Part shown: one piece after another, positions 1-9,501 of the stretch
How the letters are laid out: every line of letters begins with the position of its first letter
How positions within the stretch are numbered: position 1 is the stretch's first letter
NCBI GenBank assembly: GCA_965248925.1
Contig: CBDFLE010000006.1
Coordinates: 128,001-192,000 of the forward strand
Direction: 5' to 3'
DNA length: 64,000 nt
DNA from: Candidatus Multivoradales bacterium
Lineage (GTDB): Bacteria > Acidobacteriota > Thermoanaerobaculia > Multivoradales > J023
Translations under genes and position numbers: made by a program
The notes under the pieces: model-generated
The model's input: only the letters and a program-made list of their open reading frames with translations
What the model was told of the DNA's origin: nothing
Database searches by the model: none

Positions 1-803
1 AACAGCGGCAACCGTTCGATCCCACCGCCCACCAGCACCACCGTCGGCGCGAGCTCCGGAGCATCACCCCGAATCTCTAGCGCCGCCAACCGCTCACCCG
101 CGGCGGTAGGGATGAAGAAAACCTCCAGCGAACAGCGTTGACCGGGCAACAGGGCACGAGCGCTACAACCATCGCCGCGAACGAAGAAATCAGCTGCTCC
201 CAGGCCCAGCAAGCGGGCCCTGCCGAGCTTCAGTGGCGCAGTACCGTCATTGACCCACCAGGCCAGCTGTGACGGGCTGGCGGTGCCGAGGGGTTGCGAC
301 TCGAATGCCAGCCGAGCCTGCTCCAAGCGCATCCGCGGCGCCGCGCCGGAGCCCAATAGGGGCACCACCAACTGACCATTGGCGGCGTTACTCGGGATCA
401 CCAACCGAGCACGAGCCGAGCCGCGGACGGTGGGCATGAAGCGCAACCTGAGATCACAGCGAGCACCGCGCGGCAACCGCTGGCCACCGCATCCATCCTC
501 GACCCAGGAAAACGCCGCCGCACCCTCGCCGGCCAGCCGCAATTCGCCGATCAACAGGGCGCGACGACCGGTATTCGACAACGACAGGCCTAGCTCGCCG
601 CTCTCGCCGTCGACACGCAGCTGGCCAAACTCAAGAAGTGCACTCGAAGCCACGACCACCGCCGGCGGTAAATTGAGCAAATAGCCCGCGACACCAGCGA
701 CCGGCAACAACAGCAGCAGGGCCACCAGCCAGGGCCAGCGCCTTCGCGGCGGTGGGTGCGCCGGCAGCAGGGATGGGGAAGCAGCCGGACCGAAATCACT
801 CAC
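1..803 (-). CDS. Membrane-anchored protein with tandem choice-of-anchor D / ASH (ASPM-SPD-2-Hydin) Ig-like domains; runs off the window start
   Basis: Not in the ORF track; translated by hand from GTG at 803: MSDFGP...RRRWPWLVALLLLLPVAGVAGYLL (TM), then two repeats of the pattern L.F....G......L.NxG..PL......G..A.F....DGC....L..G.RC.L...F.PT..G...A.L.I...A......L.G.G. Confidence 0.75.
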   Translation of the reverse strand, partial: MSDFGPAASPSLLPAHPPPRRRWPWLVALLLLLPVAGVAGYLLNLPPAVVVASSALLEFGQLRVDGESGELGLSLSNTGRRALLIGELRLAGEGAAAFSWVEDGCGGQRLPRGARCDLRLRFMPTVRGSARARLVIPSNAANGQLVVPLLGSGAAPRMRLEQARLAFESQPLGTASPSQLAWWVNDGTAPLKLGRARLLGLGAADFFVRGDGCSARALLPGQRCSLEVFFIPTAAGERLAALEIRGDAPELAPTVVLVGGGIERLPL

Positions 804-941
804 CTCTGTCTCGTCACCGAGAGGCAAGTCGAGCAACCCTTTGGAGGAGGGAGCAGCCGCCGATGCGAACGGATCGAGCGGGTCGGAGCCCGGAGCACGC
901 TTCACTGTTTTATCACTCACCGAGTCAGTCGCTCTTGCCAC

Positions 942-3023
942 CTACTCGATCTCTGTATCGCCCCACGGGTAGTCGATCCGGGGCGGTGGCGGCTCCCCAC
1001 CTTCCCCTTGCAGATAGTGCTCCATCCAACGTAGCAATCGCAGAGTGTAATCGTAGCGTCCGGCAGCCTTGCGGTTGCCGTGGCCCTCGCCGGGATAAAA
1101 CACCAGGCGCACTGGCGTCTTGCCGTGAGTCTTGAGATGGCGATGCAGTTCCATCGACTGGCTGGGATGGACCCGTGGATCGTCTTCACCATGGAGGATC
1201 AAGATCGGCGTCCGGGCTTGCTCGACATAGTAGATCGGGCTGCGCTCTAGAAAGAGCTGCCAGTCATCCCACGGCCAGTGACGATCATGGACCAGGAAGA
1301 GCTCGCGCGGAATGTCAGAGGTTCCCAGCTTGGAGATTTTGTCCGAGATGCCGACAAACATCACCGCGGCGGCGAAACGCTCGGTGTAGTAAGTCGCCCC
1401 CCAGGCCGAGGCGTAGCCGCCGTAGGAGCCGCCGGTGATGCCGACCTTGTCCCGATCCACCAGGCCGGCCTGCACCAGATGGTCCACGCCATCCACCAAA
1501 TCGTCGAACTCCCTACCCGCTGGATCCCCCTGACTGAGCTTGGAGAAGGCCACTCCACGGCCGGTGGAGCCGCGATAATTAGGATAGAAAACGGCAAAAC
1601 CACGAGCCGCCAAGATCTGACCAGGGCGCGAATAGTTGGTCTGCCAGTCATTGGAGAAATGCGATTCAGGCCCGCCGTGAGCGATCAGCACCAGCGGGTA
1701 GCGCTGGCCGGCCTGCGAGTCGAGCGGGCGGATCAGAATGCCTTCGAGTTTCAAACCGTCGCGAGCCTGGTAGCGCACCACCTCCTGGCTCGCCATCCGC
1801 GCCTCGGCGAGCCATGGATTGCTATCCGTCAGACGGCGAACCGCGGACGAGTCGGCGGCGCTCCAAAACACCTCGGCCGGATGCTCGGGGGTCGAACCGA
1901 CCAACGCCAGAGCGCCGCCAGGGGCGACACTGATCTTTTTCCAGGCCGCCGCCGCGGCGACTCGGGCAACGGGCTCCACGTCACCGTCCAGGGCCACCAC
2001 TCCAAGCCGCTTTTCCACCCCCTGGTCGAGCAGGTAGACGATCCGGCTGGAGTTCTGCCAGGCGAGGTCGGTGACATGCCCTTTGACTCCGGGAAGCAGG
2101 TCGCGCAATTCGCCACCGCTGGCCGGCACCACCAGCAGACGCCCCTCCTTGGGATCATTGAGGTCGGCGGCCGAGATCATTGCCAAATAGCTGCCGTCCG
2201 GACCCCAGACGAGCTTGCCCAACTTGCCGGGGTTGGCAACCGAGACAACGCCAAGGGCAGCGCCATCTTCGGTCTCGGCCAAGTCGACAATCCGGATCTG
2301 CTTCCGCATGTAGGAATCGTCGACCAGTGGACTCGGTGCCACCACCACCGCCAGACGCTGGCCGTCAGGGCTCCAATAGACCTCGAATGCCGAGCCCTCG
2401 ACCGTGATCTGCCGCGGCGGGGCCTCGCTGCCAAGCTCACTCACCCACACCAGAGTAGGGCGCCAATCCTCCTCGAAGACCTTCTGATCGAAGCCTTTGT
2501 CGCGCAGCTCAGCGTGTTCAGCCGGCTCTTCGGCCGTGGCCAAGAAAGCCAGCTGGCGACCGTCGGGGCTCCAGCTGTAGGCCTTGATGCCCTCGCTGTG
2601 CTCGACCAAGCGCACTGCTTCGCCGCCGTCTACAGGAATCTCCCAGACCGCGTTCTCCTCGTCATCGTCACGCTTGGCGCGGAAGCTCAGCCGGCGACCG
2701 TCGGGGCTCCAGGCAAGATCCCGCACCTGCTGGTGTCCAGCGATGTAAGGACGGCTGGCGCCGTCACTGCCAACCACATGCAGTTCCCGCCAGGCACGGC
2801 CGTTGTCTTCGCTGAACGGATTGCGTGGCACCGACAAGACATAGGCTACCGCCTCACCCGACGGCGATATCACCGCTTCCTCTACCGTCCGCAAACGAGC
2901 AATATCTTCGGGCGCCATGCCGCGGTCAGCCGCTAGCAGCGGGTTGAACATCGCCATCGACCCGGCGATCGCTAGCAAAAATCCGCAGGTGATCCGGAAC
3001 GACGAGGTCGTCTGTCGCTGCAT
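942..3023 (-). CDS. Secreted S9 family peptidase (dipeptidyl aminopeptidase / acylaminoacyl peptidase)
   Basis: Signal peptide, WSPDG propeller repeats, HGGP, NYRGSTG, nucleophile GGSYGG, HGEDDPRV and EGHG. Confidence 0.92.
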   Translation of the reverse strand: MQRQTTSSFRITCGFLLAIAGSMAMFNPLLAADRGMAPEDIARLRTVEEAVISPSGEAVAYVLSVPRNPFSEDNGRAWRELHVVGSDGASRPYIAGHQQVRDLAWSPDGRRLSFRAKRDDDEENAVWEIPVDGGEAVRLVEHSEGIKAYSWSPDGRQLAFLATAEEPAEHAELRDKGFDQKVFEEDWRPTLVWVSELGSEAPPRQITVEGSAFEVYWSPDGQRLAVVVAPSPLVDDSYMRKQIRIVDLAETEDGAALGVVSVANPGKLGKLVWGPDGSYLAMISAADLNDPKEGRLLVVPASGGELRDLLPGVKGHVTDLAWQNSSRIVYLLDQGVEKRLGVVALDGDVEPVARVAAAAAWKKISVAPGGALALVGSTPEHPAEVFWSAADSSAVRRLTDSNPWLAEARMASQEVVRYQARDGLKLEGILIRPLDSQAGQRYPLVLIAHGGPESHFSNDWQTNYSRPGQILAARGFAVFYPNYRGSTGRGVAFSKLSQGDPAGREFDDLVDGVDHLVQAGLVDRDKVGITGGSYGGYASAWGATYYTERFAAAVMFVGISDKISKLGTSDIPRELFLVHDRHWPWDDWQLFLERSPIYYVEQARTPILILHGEDDPRVHPSQSMELHRHLKTHGKTPVRLVFYPGEGHGNRKAAGRYDYTLRLLRWMEHYLQGEGGEPPPPRIDYPWGDTEIE

Positions 3024-3245
3024 TTCTAGCTCCTGTGACTTGTGACTCGATGGGGTCGGATGAGAACATCCTAACCCAGCCTCCGTATCTTGCGAAGAGG
3101 CCGGCGAAGACCGCCACGAAAGCTGGTGGCCGCAGTCATCACCACCACCGAACCGGGGAGAAACCAGAGGTCCCGAAGAGCCGATCTTCGAACCCAGAAG
3201 CCGCTCAATTCAGCCCGTTTTTCTACACCTTTGGGGAGCGCCCCA

Positions 3246-4235
3246 ATGACCACTCTCGACCCTACCCACAAGCCAGCCGGGCAACTCGAAGGCTCGGTTT
3301 CCGACCCGACAGCCGCCCAGCGACCAAGCATGGCCAACAAGCCGCTCAGACTGCCCAACAAACCTGCCTTGCTGGCAACCAAGCCGGCGCGGCTGCCAAG
3401 TCAGGCCCCCGTATCGACCCGGCTGCCACCGGCGACCGATCTGCCCGTGGTTCAAGGCCGTCCCTTCGCCAAGCCCTTCCAGCTACCGCTGCGACCAGTG
3501 GCGGAAGCACGCGACCCGCAAAGCGGCGACGCCCTGGGCCATTTGGTCAGCCAAAGCCAAACGCCAGTGGCCGGCAAGCCAATGCGACGAGCGATTCTCA
3601 AGAGCCTACGCGGGGCGGGCGGCTGGCCAACAGGTTCGGCACCGACCAGCTGATCGAGCGCCTGGCTGCGGCCCGCAGCCGCTTGCGGGCCAAGATCTGG
3701 CGCCGGGCTTGCTCCGTGCTCTCTCCGGTCGCAATCGCGAACAACTTGCAGGCTTGCAGTGGGCCAACCTGCGAGACGGCCTGGATAAGGCCGGCGTCGA
3801 GCTGACGCCTACGGCCAGCAAAGTCGTCGACGCCTATCGCCAGCTAGCCAGCGACCTGCGCGACGATGGCCGCGTGGGCGCCACTCGCAAAGAGCTCAGG
3901 AGCCTGATTCGCAACCAGGAGGAGATTTTGTCGGCCAGCGGATTCGGCCGCGTCTCGACGCTGGTGCTAGCGCCGCCCTCGAAGGTTTCGACCAGCTGCC
4001 CCAGCCGGTCTCGGGGAGCGATTTGGCACAGCTCATCTACGCCGGCACCAACGACCGAGACGGCAATGTCCTCAACGAGTTCCGCACTTTCCGTCGGGGT
4101 CTGCGTCAACACCAGGACCAGCTCGATCCGCAGGCGCGGCAGGTCTTCGACGTATTGCGAAAATACGCCGCCGAAGTACGCCGCGGCGATGGCTTGCCCA
4201 GCGGGCGCTACGAGTCGTTCTTGGCCGACCTGGAA
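3246..4235 (+). pseudogene. Frameshifted hypothetical protein with a Pro-rich N-terminus and two helical repeats
   Basis: Coding-like sequence moves across frames (3090..3653, 3035..3805, 3709..4251, 4023..4430). Repeat units NLRDGLDKAGVELTPTASKVVDAYRQLA and TFRRGLRQHQDQLDPQARQVFDVLRKYA. Confidence 0.5.
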
Positions 4236-4760
4236 AAAGAGAGCAAGCTGATCTTGGCCCACCACTTGGGCCACCGCACGGCAGTCGACACCTCGTTCTT
4301 CATCGGCAAGCTCGACCGCGCGACCAAAGGCGGGTTCCAGCTCTCGACCGATGGTCTGGACTCCTACGCAGATACGGTAGTTCACCAGCTCGGCACCCGC
4401 GTTCAGTATGGTCAGATCATCGAGACCTAGGGCGCCGACTCCAAGGAAGATCAACGCCGGTACTCACCGGCGACGATAATAGCCAGTGAGAAGCGGGCCA
4501 TCCACGGCAAGCCCGACAAAGCCAAGATCTGCACCAGCCACATCGAGCGCCAGAATCTGAATCTGCGCATACGGATGCGCCGCCTGACACACTTGACCAA
4601 CGGCTTCTCCAAGAAGTGGGCGAACCTACGGGCAGCCGTGGCTCTTGAGATGGCCCACCACAACTTCTGCCGTATCCACGGCTCGCTGCGCTGCACCCCC
4701 GCAATGAAGGCTGATCTCTGCAAAGGGACCTGGTCGGTAAGCGATCTGGTGACGGCTTGA
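4236..4760 (+). mobile_element. IS1-family transposase remnant (5'-truncated, internal stop)
   Basis: KESKLILAHHLGHR...LSTDGLDSY...QYGQIIET*GADSKEDQRRYSP...ICTSHIERQNLNLRIRMRRLTHLTNGFSKK...HNFCRIHGSLRCTPAM; TAG at 4428-4430 where Tyr is usual. Confidence 0.85.
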
Positions 4761-4775
4761 TGTCTCTGCGGAAAG

Positions 4776-5159
4776 CTAGGTCACCTGAGCTTTGATGAGA
4801 ATCCGTGTCGCACGAAGTAGTTTCACGCGCAACTCCGGCGCTTTCTTGCCTGAGACATCGGTGTGCGCGCGGTTTCCAATCTCTCGATCTGGAGTGTGAC
4901 AAACCTTGAGACCAGCGCTTCGTGCGTTGCCGGCGGCAAATTCGATCACCGCATTGTCTCGTGGCACCTTACCTCGAGCTAATGTCTCTGAAGGACTAGC
5001 GTACTTGCTCCAGTCTGTTGACATCGCACCTCCATGGTCACGAAACACACCGGGTAGGAGGTCACCACCCGAGAAGAAACCCCTGTGGGCGCGCATGAAC
5101 AGCATGTCCGGGTCCGGCACTTCCTCCGGTGCCCAGACGCCTATTTCTTTATCAGCCAA
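4776..5159 (-). CDS. Small hypothetical protein, putative ADP-ribosyltransferase-like (Tse2-type R/S/H) toxin fold
   Basis: 127 aa with R23 (LFMR), S47 (MSTDW), HTP...NRAH (H99); overlaps the upstream gene end. Confidence 0.55.
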   Translation of the reverse strand: MADKEIGVWAPEEVPDPDMLFMRAHRGFFSGGDLLPGVFRDHGGAMSTDWSKYASPSETLARGKVPRDNAVIEFAAGNARSAGLKVCHTPDREIGNRAHTDVSGKKAPELRVKLLRATRILIKAQVT

Positions 5160-5743
5160 TACAGCAATCCAGCAGTTGCGGCCGTTGGCTCAAGCGTGCC
5201 TTGAATCTTCTGGTTACCGTAGTCGTCTCCATAAAACTCAAGCGGTTCGGTATTTGCTTGTGGAACAGTAACCAGCAACTCAAAGCCCTTGGTCTTCCAA
5301 TACAGATCTACATTCCCTTCCGGGCCGGGTCCAAGTACCGGAGCTGGCATAGAGCGCCCCAGCTCTTCTCGGAATGCCTTCGCCTCAGCCCGGAGGAAGT
5401 TGGCAGCGCGTTCCCAGGTTTCGCGACGATAGCCCGGACTACCGGCACCGTCCCAGTCCGACTCAAGCCTGTAGATGTGGCGCGAGGATTCAATCTCCTC
5501 CTCAATACTCCTGGCCAGGTCCCGCTTCCTGTACGACTGCTCCGCTCTTCCGGCATCGAAAGAAAGTATCGAAGCAGCACTGTGCCCCAACTCAAAAGAA
5601 CTCTCTCCAAACGAGGAGTCTGGCTCGAACTTCGAAGGGCTCCATTGATCGATCGTCCGCGGCGTTCTTGGCGTATGACTCTGCCAATCGAGTGCGTGTC
5701 GTGCCGATCGACAAGTATCACCTTGAAGGGAATCAGTGCTCAT
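5141..5743 (-). CDS. Hypothetical protein with L..DWDG.G...P.L.PGPEG.V.L.W motif (putative antitoxin/partner)
   Basis: 200-aa ORF; ATGA overlap with the upstream gene. Confidence 0.65.
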   Translation of the reverse strand: MSTDSLQGDTCRSARHALDWQSHTPRTPRTIDQWSPSKFEPDSSFGESSFELGHSAASILSFDAGRAEQSYRKRDLARSIEEEIESSRHIYRLESDWDGAGSPGYRRETWERAANFLRAEAKAFREELGRSMPAPVLGPGPEGNVDLYWKTKGFELLVTVPQANTEPLEFYGDDYGNQKIQGTLEPTAATAGLLYWLIKK

Positions 5744-6393
5744 TCTGGCTCCAGCAATGTGAGATCGGTTCTCGCCGCGAATTCTCGGAGGCTTTCGTCC
5801 TTTCTCAAAGCGCGCTCGACGACCTGCGACAGGTCCTTGAGATCACTCCTCTTCAAACCGATGAAGATCTCCTGCACGTCCCGACCTTCGTGATAAACAA
5901 CGCGCATCGTGTGCATAATTAGGGCCGCCGTCGGCTGTTCCTCGGGCTCCCCAAAGGCTGGCCGCAAATCCGTAAAGATCTCAGAGGTACAGAGAGTATT
6001 TGCTTGGCGCCGGCGGAGACGGTACGCTTTTGACAACAAGCCAAGCGAAGAGTCGAGGGTAAAGAGGCGGTCAAAGAACCTCTCTAAGTTGTCCTGGTCT
6101 ACTATTGCTGAAGAAAGTCTTTCGTCTGACTCGATTGTATCCACGAGTTCAGAAGTGGTCAGTGTCTTGCTGGCGTGTGATTCATAGATACCCAGCAGCA
6201 TATAGAGAATGTCCGTTGCCTCCTCCAGGCCAACGCCAGCTGCTTGGGAGAGCGAGCCTTCTTTCCCGCCTGCGGCCAGGGCAGCGTCGTGTTCCTCGAC
6301 GCAGTCCAATAACGCAAATCGCTTTTCGCTATCTAGACCCACGAGGATCTGGAGCGGTTCTATGTGACTTGGTGGAATCCGCAATCTCGCCAT
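5740..6393 (-). CDS. COMMD-like protein (helical N-domain plus beta-beta-beta-alpha COMM-like C-domain)
   Basis: ATG at 6393 with GGAG RBS; 217 aa; C-terminus TLCTSEIFTDLRPAF / AALIMHTMRVVYH / QEIFIGL / RSDLKDLSQVVERALRK. The ORF is solid; the fold call is inferred. Confidence 0.6.
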   Translation of the reverse strand: MARLRIPPSHIEPLQILVGLDSEKRFALLDCVEEHDAALAAGGKEGSLSQAAGVGLEEATDILYMLLGIYESHASKTLTTSELVDTIESDERLSSAIVDQDNLERFFDRLFTLDSSLGLLSKAYRLRRRQANTLCTSEIFTDLRPAFGEPEEQPTAALIMHTMRVVYHEGRDVQEIFIGLKRSDLKDLSQVVERALRKDESLREFAARTDLTLLEPE

Positions 6394-6544
6394 CTCGATC
6401 AACTCCAGCAGGAATCGTGCCGTTCGCCGGTTTTCTCGGCTAGGCATCCACCGATTTGGTGCCATGGAAGCGGTAGCCAGCGCGGCGGGCCGAGCAACGG
6501 GGTGCCCGGCGTTCAGCGGCCGGACCTAGCCGCGCCTGAAGATT

Positions 6545-7246
6545 CTACCAGATGCCGCGCCGGGAGAGGAGAACCCAGCGGCCGAGCGCACCGACAATCA
6601 AGTGGTCCACTAGCTTGACGCCAATCAATTCGCTAGCCTCTGCCATCCGCTCGGTGAAGAGCAGATCCTCGTTGCTCGGCGACGGGTCGCCGCTGGCGTG
6701 GATGTGAAAGATGATCAGCTTCACGGCGTGGTGCTGGAATGCTTCGCTCAAGATCGGTCCAGGCTCAGCCGCTGCTCGGGTGGCTATGCCGCGGAAAATC
6801 TCGCGCGCGGCGATCAGCCGGTGGCGGCAGTCGAGGTAGATCGCGCCGAGAACCTGTTGGTCAAGCTCGCAGTACTTCATCGCCACGTACTCGGCCAGGG
6901 CTATCGGCTGATCGAGCAATCTGCGGCGGTCTAGCTGATGCTCGGCCAGCCGCCGCACAAGCTCACCAGCGGCCAGCACCACAGTTGCTCTCCCCTCGGT
7001 GGCACCGTTGCGGCGCAAGACTGGCCTGGCGGCGCGCAGCAAACCTCTCAGACCGCCAGCAGCCGACAGAAAGCGCTCTGCCACCTTCTCTGCCAACCGG
7101 TACCTCAGCTGCTCAACATCCGTCAGGACGGCCGCTCCGTGGCGTAGCAGCCGGTCGCGCATTGGCTGGTTCCTTTGCGTGGCTAGGCTCTGGCGCCGGT
7201 TGCCGCCGCCGTCAGAGCCGCTTGGTGGTAGGGTGGAGACGGTCAC
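6545..7246 (-). CDS. radC: RadC-family JAB domain protein (somewhat degenerate)
   Basis: MRDRLLRHGAAVLTDVE, YLDCRHRLI, HIHASGDPSPSNED...GVKLVDHLIVG. Confidence 0.85.
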   Translation of the reverse strand: MTVSTLPPSGSDGGGNRRQSLATQRNQPMRDRLLRHGAAVLTDVEQLRYRLAEKVAERFLSAAGGLRGLLRAARPVLRRNGATEGRATVVLAAGELVRRLAEHQLDRRRLLDQPIALAEYVAMKYCELDQQVLGAIYLDCRHRLIAAREIFRGIATRAAAEPGPILSEAFQHHAVKLIIFHIHASGDPSPSNEDLLFTERMAEASELIGVKLVDHLIVGALGRWVLLSRRGIW

Positions 7247-7456
7247 CCCCTCGGCTTCGCGGCGAACGTACCACCCGTCCGCCCGCCTTTCACCCGCCCC
7301 TATCGGACCAACACAGTCTTAGGACACCACCGAGTCGGTTGCAGCTGCCAGGCTCGACAACGTTCTCTGATAGGCTCCGCCGGCATTCGCAACCGCGTTC
7401 TGCCCCTGCCAAACGTTGCTCGTATCCCCCATCTCGCTGGGAGTCTTGATCGCTTC

Positions 7457-8479
7457 ATGAGCCGACCCTCCCCCATCCTCGCCCCTCCGCCACCGACCCA
7501 CTGGCCTCGCCGGCCGCGGCAGGTGAGCTTGGTATGCCCAGTCTTTCGCGAGGCCGAGGGCATCGCCACCTTCACTGCCGCCTTGCTGGCGGTGCTCGAT
7601 GAGCTGGGCTTTCCCTACGAGGTGATTTTCGTCGAAGACGACTCGCCGGACGACACTCTGGGGGAGCTGCGGCGGCTGCACGCCAAGCATGGCAATGTGC
7701 TCAAGGTGCTGTCGATGTCGCGTCGCTTTGGCCACCAGAGTTCACTCGCCGCCGGCCTGCGCTACGCCAGCGGCGAGGTGGTGATTTGCATGGATTCGGA
7801 CTTGCAACACCCGCCGGAGCTGATTCCGGAGATGCTGTGGCGCTGGGCCGGCGGTGATCAGTTGGTCTACACCCGGCGGCGCCATCAACGGGACCGCGGA
7901 CGGCTGAAGGAAACCGCCTCGCGGCTGTTCTACCGCCTGATGGACCGAGCTACCGATGTGCGCTTCGAGGAGGGCACCGCCGATTTCCGACTGATGGATC
8001 AGGTGGTGGTGGAGGCGCTCAATCGCTTCGGCGAACGCTTCTTGCTCTTCCGCGGTCTGGTCAGTTGGATCGGTTTCCGCCGCTCAGTGTTGGAGTACGA
8101 CGCTCCCCCTCGCTTTGCCGGCGAGAGCAGCTACACCTGGGGGCGAATGATGAAGATGGCTCTTGATGGGCTGTTTGCCTTCTCACTGCTGCCGCTGCGC
8201 TTCAGCTTCATCCTCGGCTTCGTCACCCTGCTGTGCTCCGGCGCCTATGGGCTGTATTCGATCATCATCCATCTCCTCGGCCGGGTCGAAGTCGAGGGCT
8301 ACACTTCGTTGGTGCTGCTGGTGCTGTTCCTCGGCAGCCTGAACCTACTCTGCCTGGGAATCGTCGGCGAGTATGTAGGCCGGATCCACGAGCAGGTCAA
8401 GGGGCGGCCATTGTACTTGGTGAAAGAGTGGGTGGGCTTCGAAGGCGACTCCCAACAACTGCCGAGGGAGCATTCTTGA
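7457..8479 (+). CDS. GT2 polyprenol-phosphate glycosyltransferase (GtrB/ArnC-like)
   Basis: VCPVFRE, VEDDSPD, SRRFGHQ, MDSDLQHPP, two C-terminal TM helices, GEYVGRI...RPLY. Confidence 0.92.
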   Translation: MSRPSPILAPPPPTHWPRRPRQVSLVCPVFREAEGIATFTAALLAVLDELGFPYEVIFVEDDSPDDTLGELRRLHAKHGNVLKVLSMSRRFGHQSSLAAGLRYASGEVVICMDSDLQHPPELIPEMLWRWAGGDQLVYTRRRHQRDRGRLKETASRLFYRLMDRATDVRFEEGTADFRLMDQVVVEALNRFGERFLLFRGLVSWIGFRRSVLEYDAPPRFAGESSYTWGRMMKMALDGLFAFSLLPLRFSFILGFVTLLCSGAYGLYSIIIHLLGRVEVEGYTSLVLLVLFLGSLNLLCLGIVGEYVGRIHEQVKGRPLYLVKEWVGFEGDSQQLPREHS

Positions 8480-9462
8480 GCGCTCCTCACCAGGTCTTGG
8501 TCACCGGCGCTGGCGGCTTTATCGGCAGCCATCTGTGCGAAGCGCTGCTCACGGCTGGCCACCAGGTTCGCGCTTTGGTGCGCTACACCTCGCACGGTGG
8601 CAGCGGTTGGCTGGCCGAGGTGCCACCCTACCTCGCCGACGGGTTGGAAGTCTTCTACGGCGATATCCGCGACAGCCGAGCGGTGCGCGAAGCGGTCAGC
8701 GGCTGTCAGACGATTTTCCATCTGGCGGCGCTGATCGGCATTCCCTACTCCTACCGCGCGCCTCGTTCCTATGTCGAAGTCAATATCGGCGGCACTCTCA
8801 ATGTGCTCGAAGCGGCTCGCGATCTGCAAGTCGGCAGAACACTGGTGACCAGCACTAGTGAAGTCTACGGTAGTGCCCAATACACCCCCATTGACGAACG
8901 CCATCCGCTGCAAGGTCAGTCGCCCTATTCGGCGTCGAAGATCGGCGCCGACCACCTGGCGGAGAGCTACCACCGCTCCTTCGACCTGCCGGTGGCAATC
9001 GTCCGACCCTTCAACACTTATGGTCCCAGGCAGAGCGCGCGGGCGATCATCCCGACCATCCTCAGCCAGGCGCTGAGCGGCGACTCGCTGCACCTGGGCA
9101 ACTTGGAACCGGTGCGGGATCTGGTTTTCGTCGAGGATACCGCCGCTGGCTTCCTCGCCCTGGCCGCCGCCGACGACGCCCTCGGGGTGGCGACCAACCT
9201 GGCCACCGGCAGCGGCGTGTCGATCGCTGAGCTGGTCGATAAAGTGAGGCAGCTGCTCGGCAAGGAATTACCGGTACGAGGCGAGGCGAGGCGGCGGCGA
9301 CCGGACTCGAGCGAAGTCTTCAAACTGATCGGCAGCACCGAATGCGCCGCGCAGCGAGCCAGCTGGCATTCGCGAGTCGATCTCGACCAAGGCCTGGAGC
9401 GCACTCTGGCCTGGGTTCGCGACCATCTGGACCAATTCGATGTGCAAACCTACAGCGTCTGA
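8476..9462 (+). CDS. NAD-dependent nucleotide-sugar 4,6-dehydratase/epimerase (LegB-like)
   Basis: TTG start overlapping the GT2 stop; VTGAGGFIGSH, HLAALIGIPYSY, TSTSEVYG, YSASK, RPFNTYGPRQS. Confidence 0.9.
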   Translation: MSAPHQVLVTGAGGFIGSHLCEALLTAGHQVRALVRYTSHGGSGWLAEVPPYLADGLEVFYGDIRDSRAVREAVSGCQTIFHLAALIGIPYSYRAPRSYVEVNIGGTLNVLEAARDLQVGRTLVTSTSEVYGSAQYTPIDERHPLQGQSPYSASKIGADHLAESYHRSFDLPVAIVRPFNTYGPRQSARAIIPTILSQALSGDSLHLGNLEPVRDLVFVEDTAAGFLALAAADDALGVATNLATGSGVSIAELVDKVRQLLGKELPVRGEARRRRPDSSEVFKLIGSTECAAQRASWHSRVDLDQGLERTLAWVRDHLDQFDVQTYSV

Positions 9463-9501
9463 GTCCCAGGCAGCCAGAGCCAAAGCGACAGGAGGCAGCC
9501 G

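Noticed and set aside
590-799. Cys-rich 69-aa ORF (CCCCC) as a RiPP or metallothionein
   Set aside because: It is an alternate frame of the poly-Leu TM segment of the gene starting at 803
1278-2936. 552-aa plus-strand ORF (and similar long ORFs such as 17880..18815, 44100..45104, 55202..56254)
   Set aside because: Antisense shadows of well-supported genes in high-GC DNA, with no motifs
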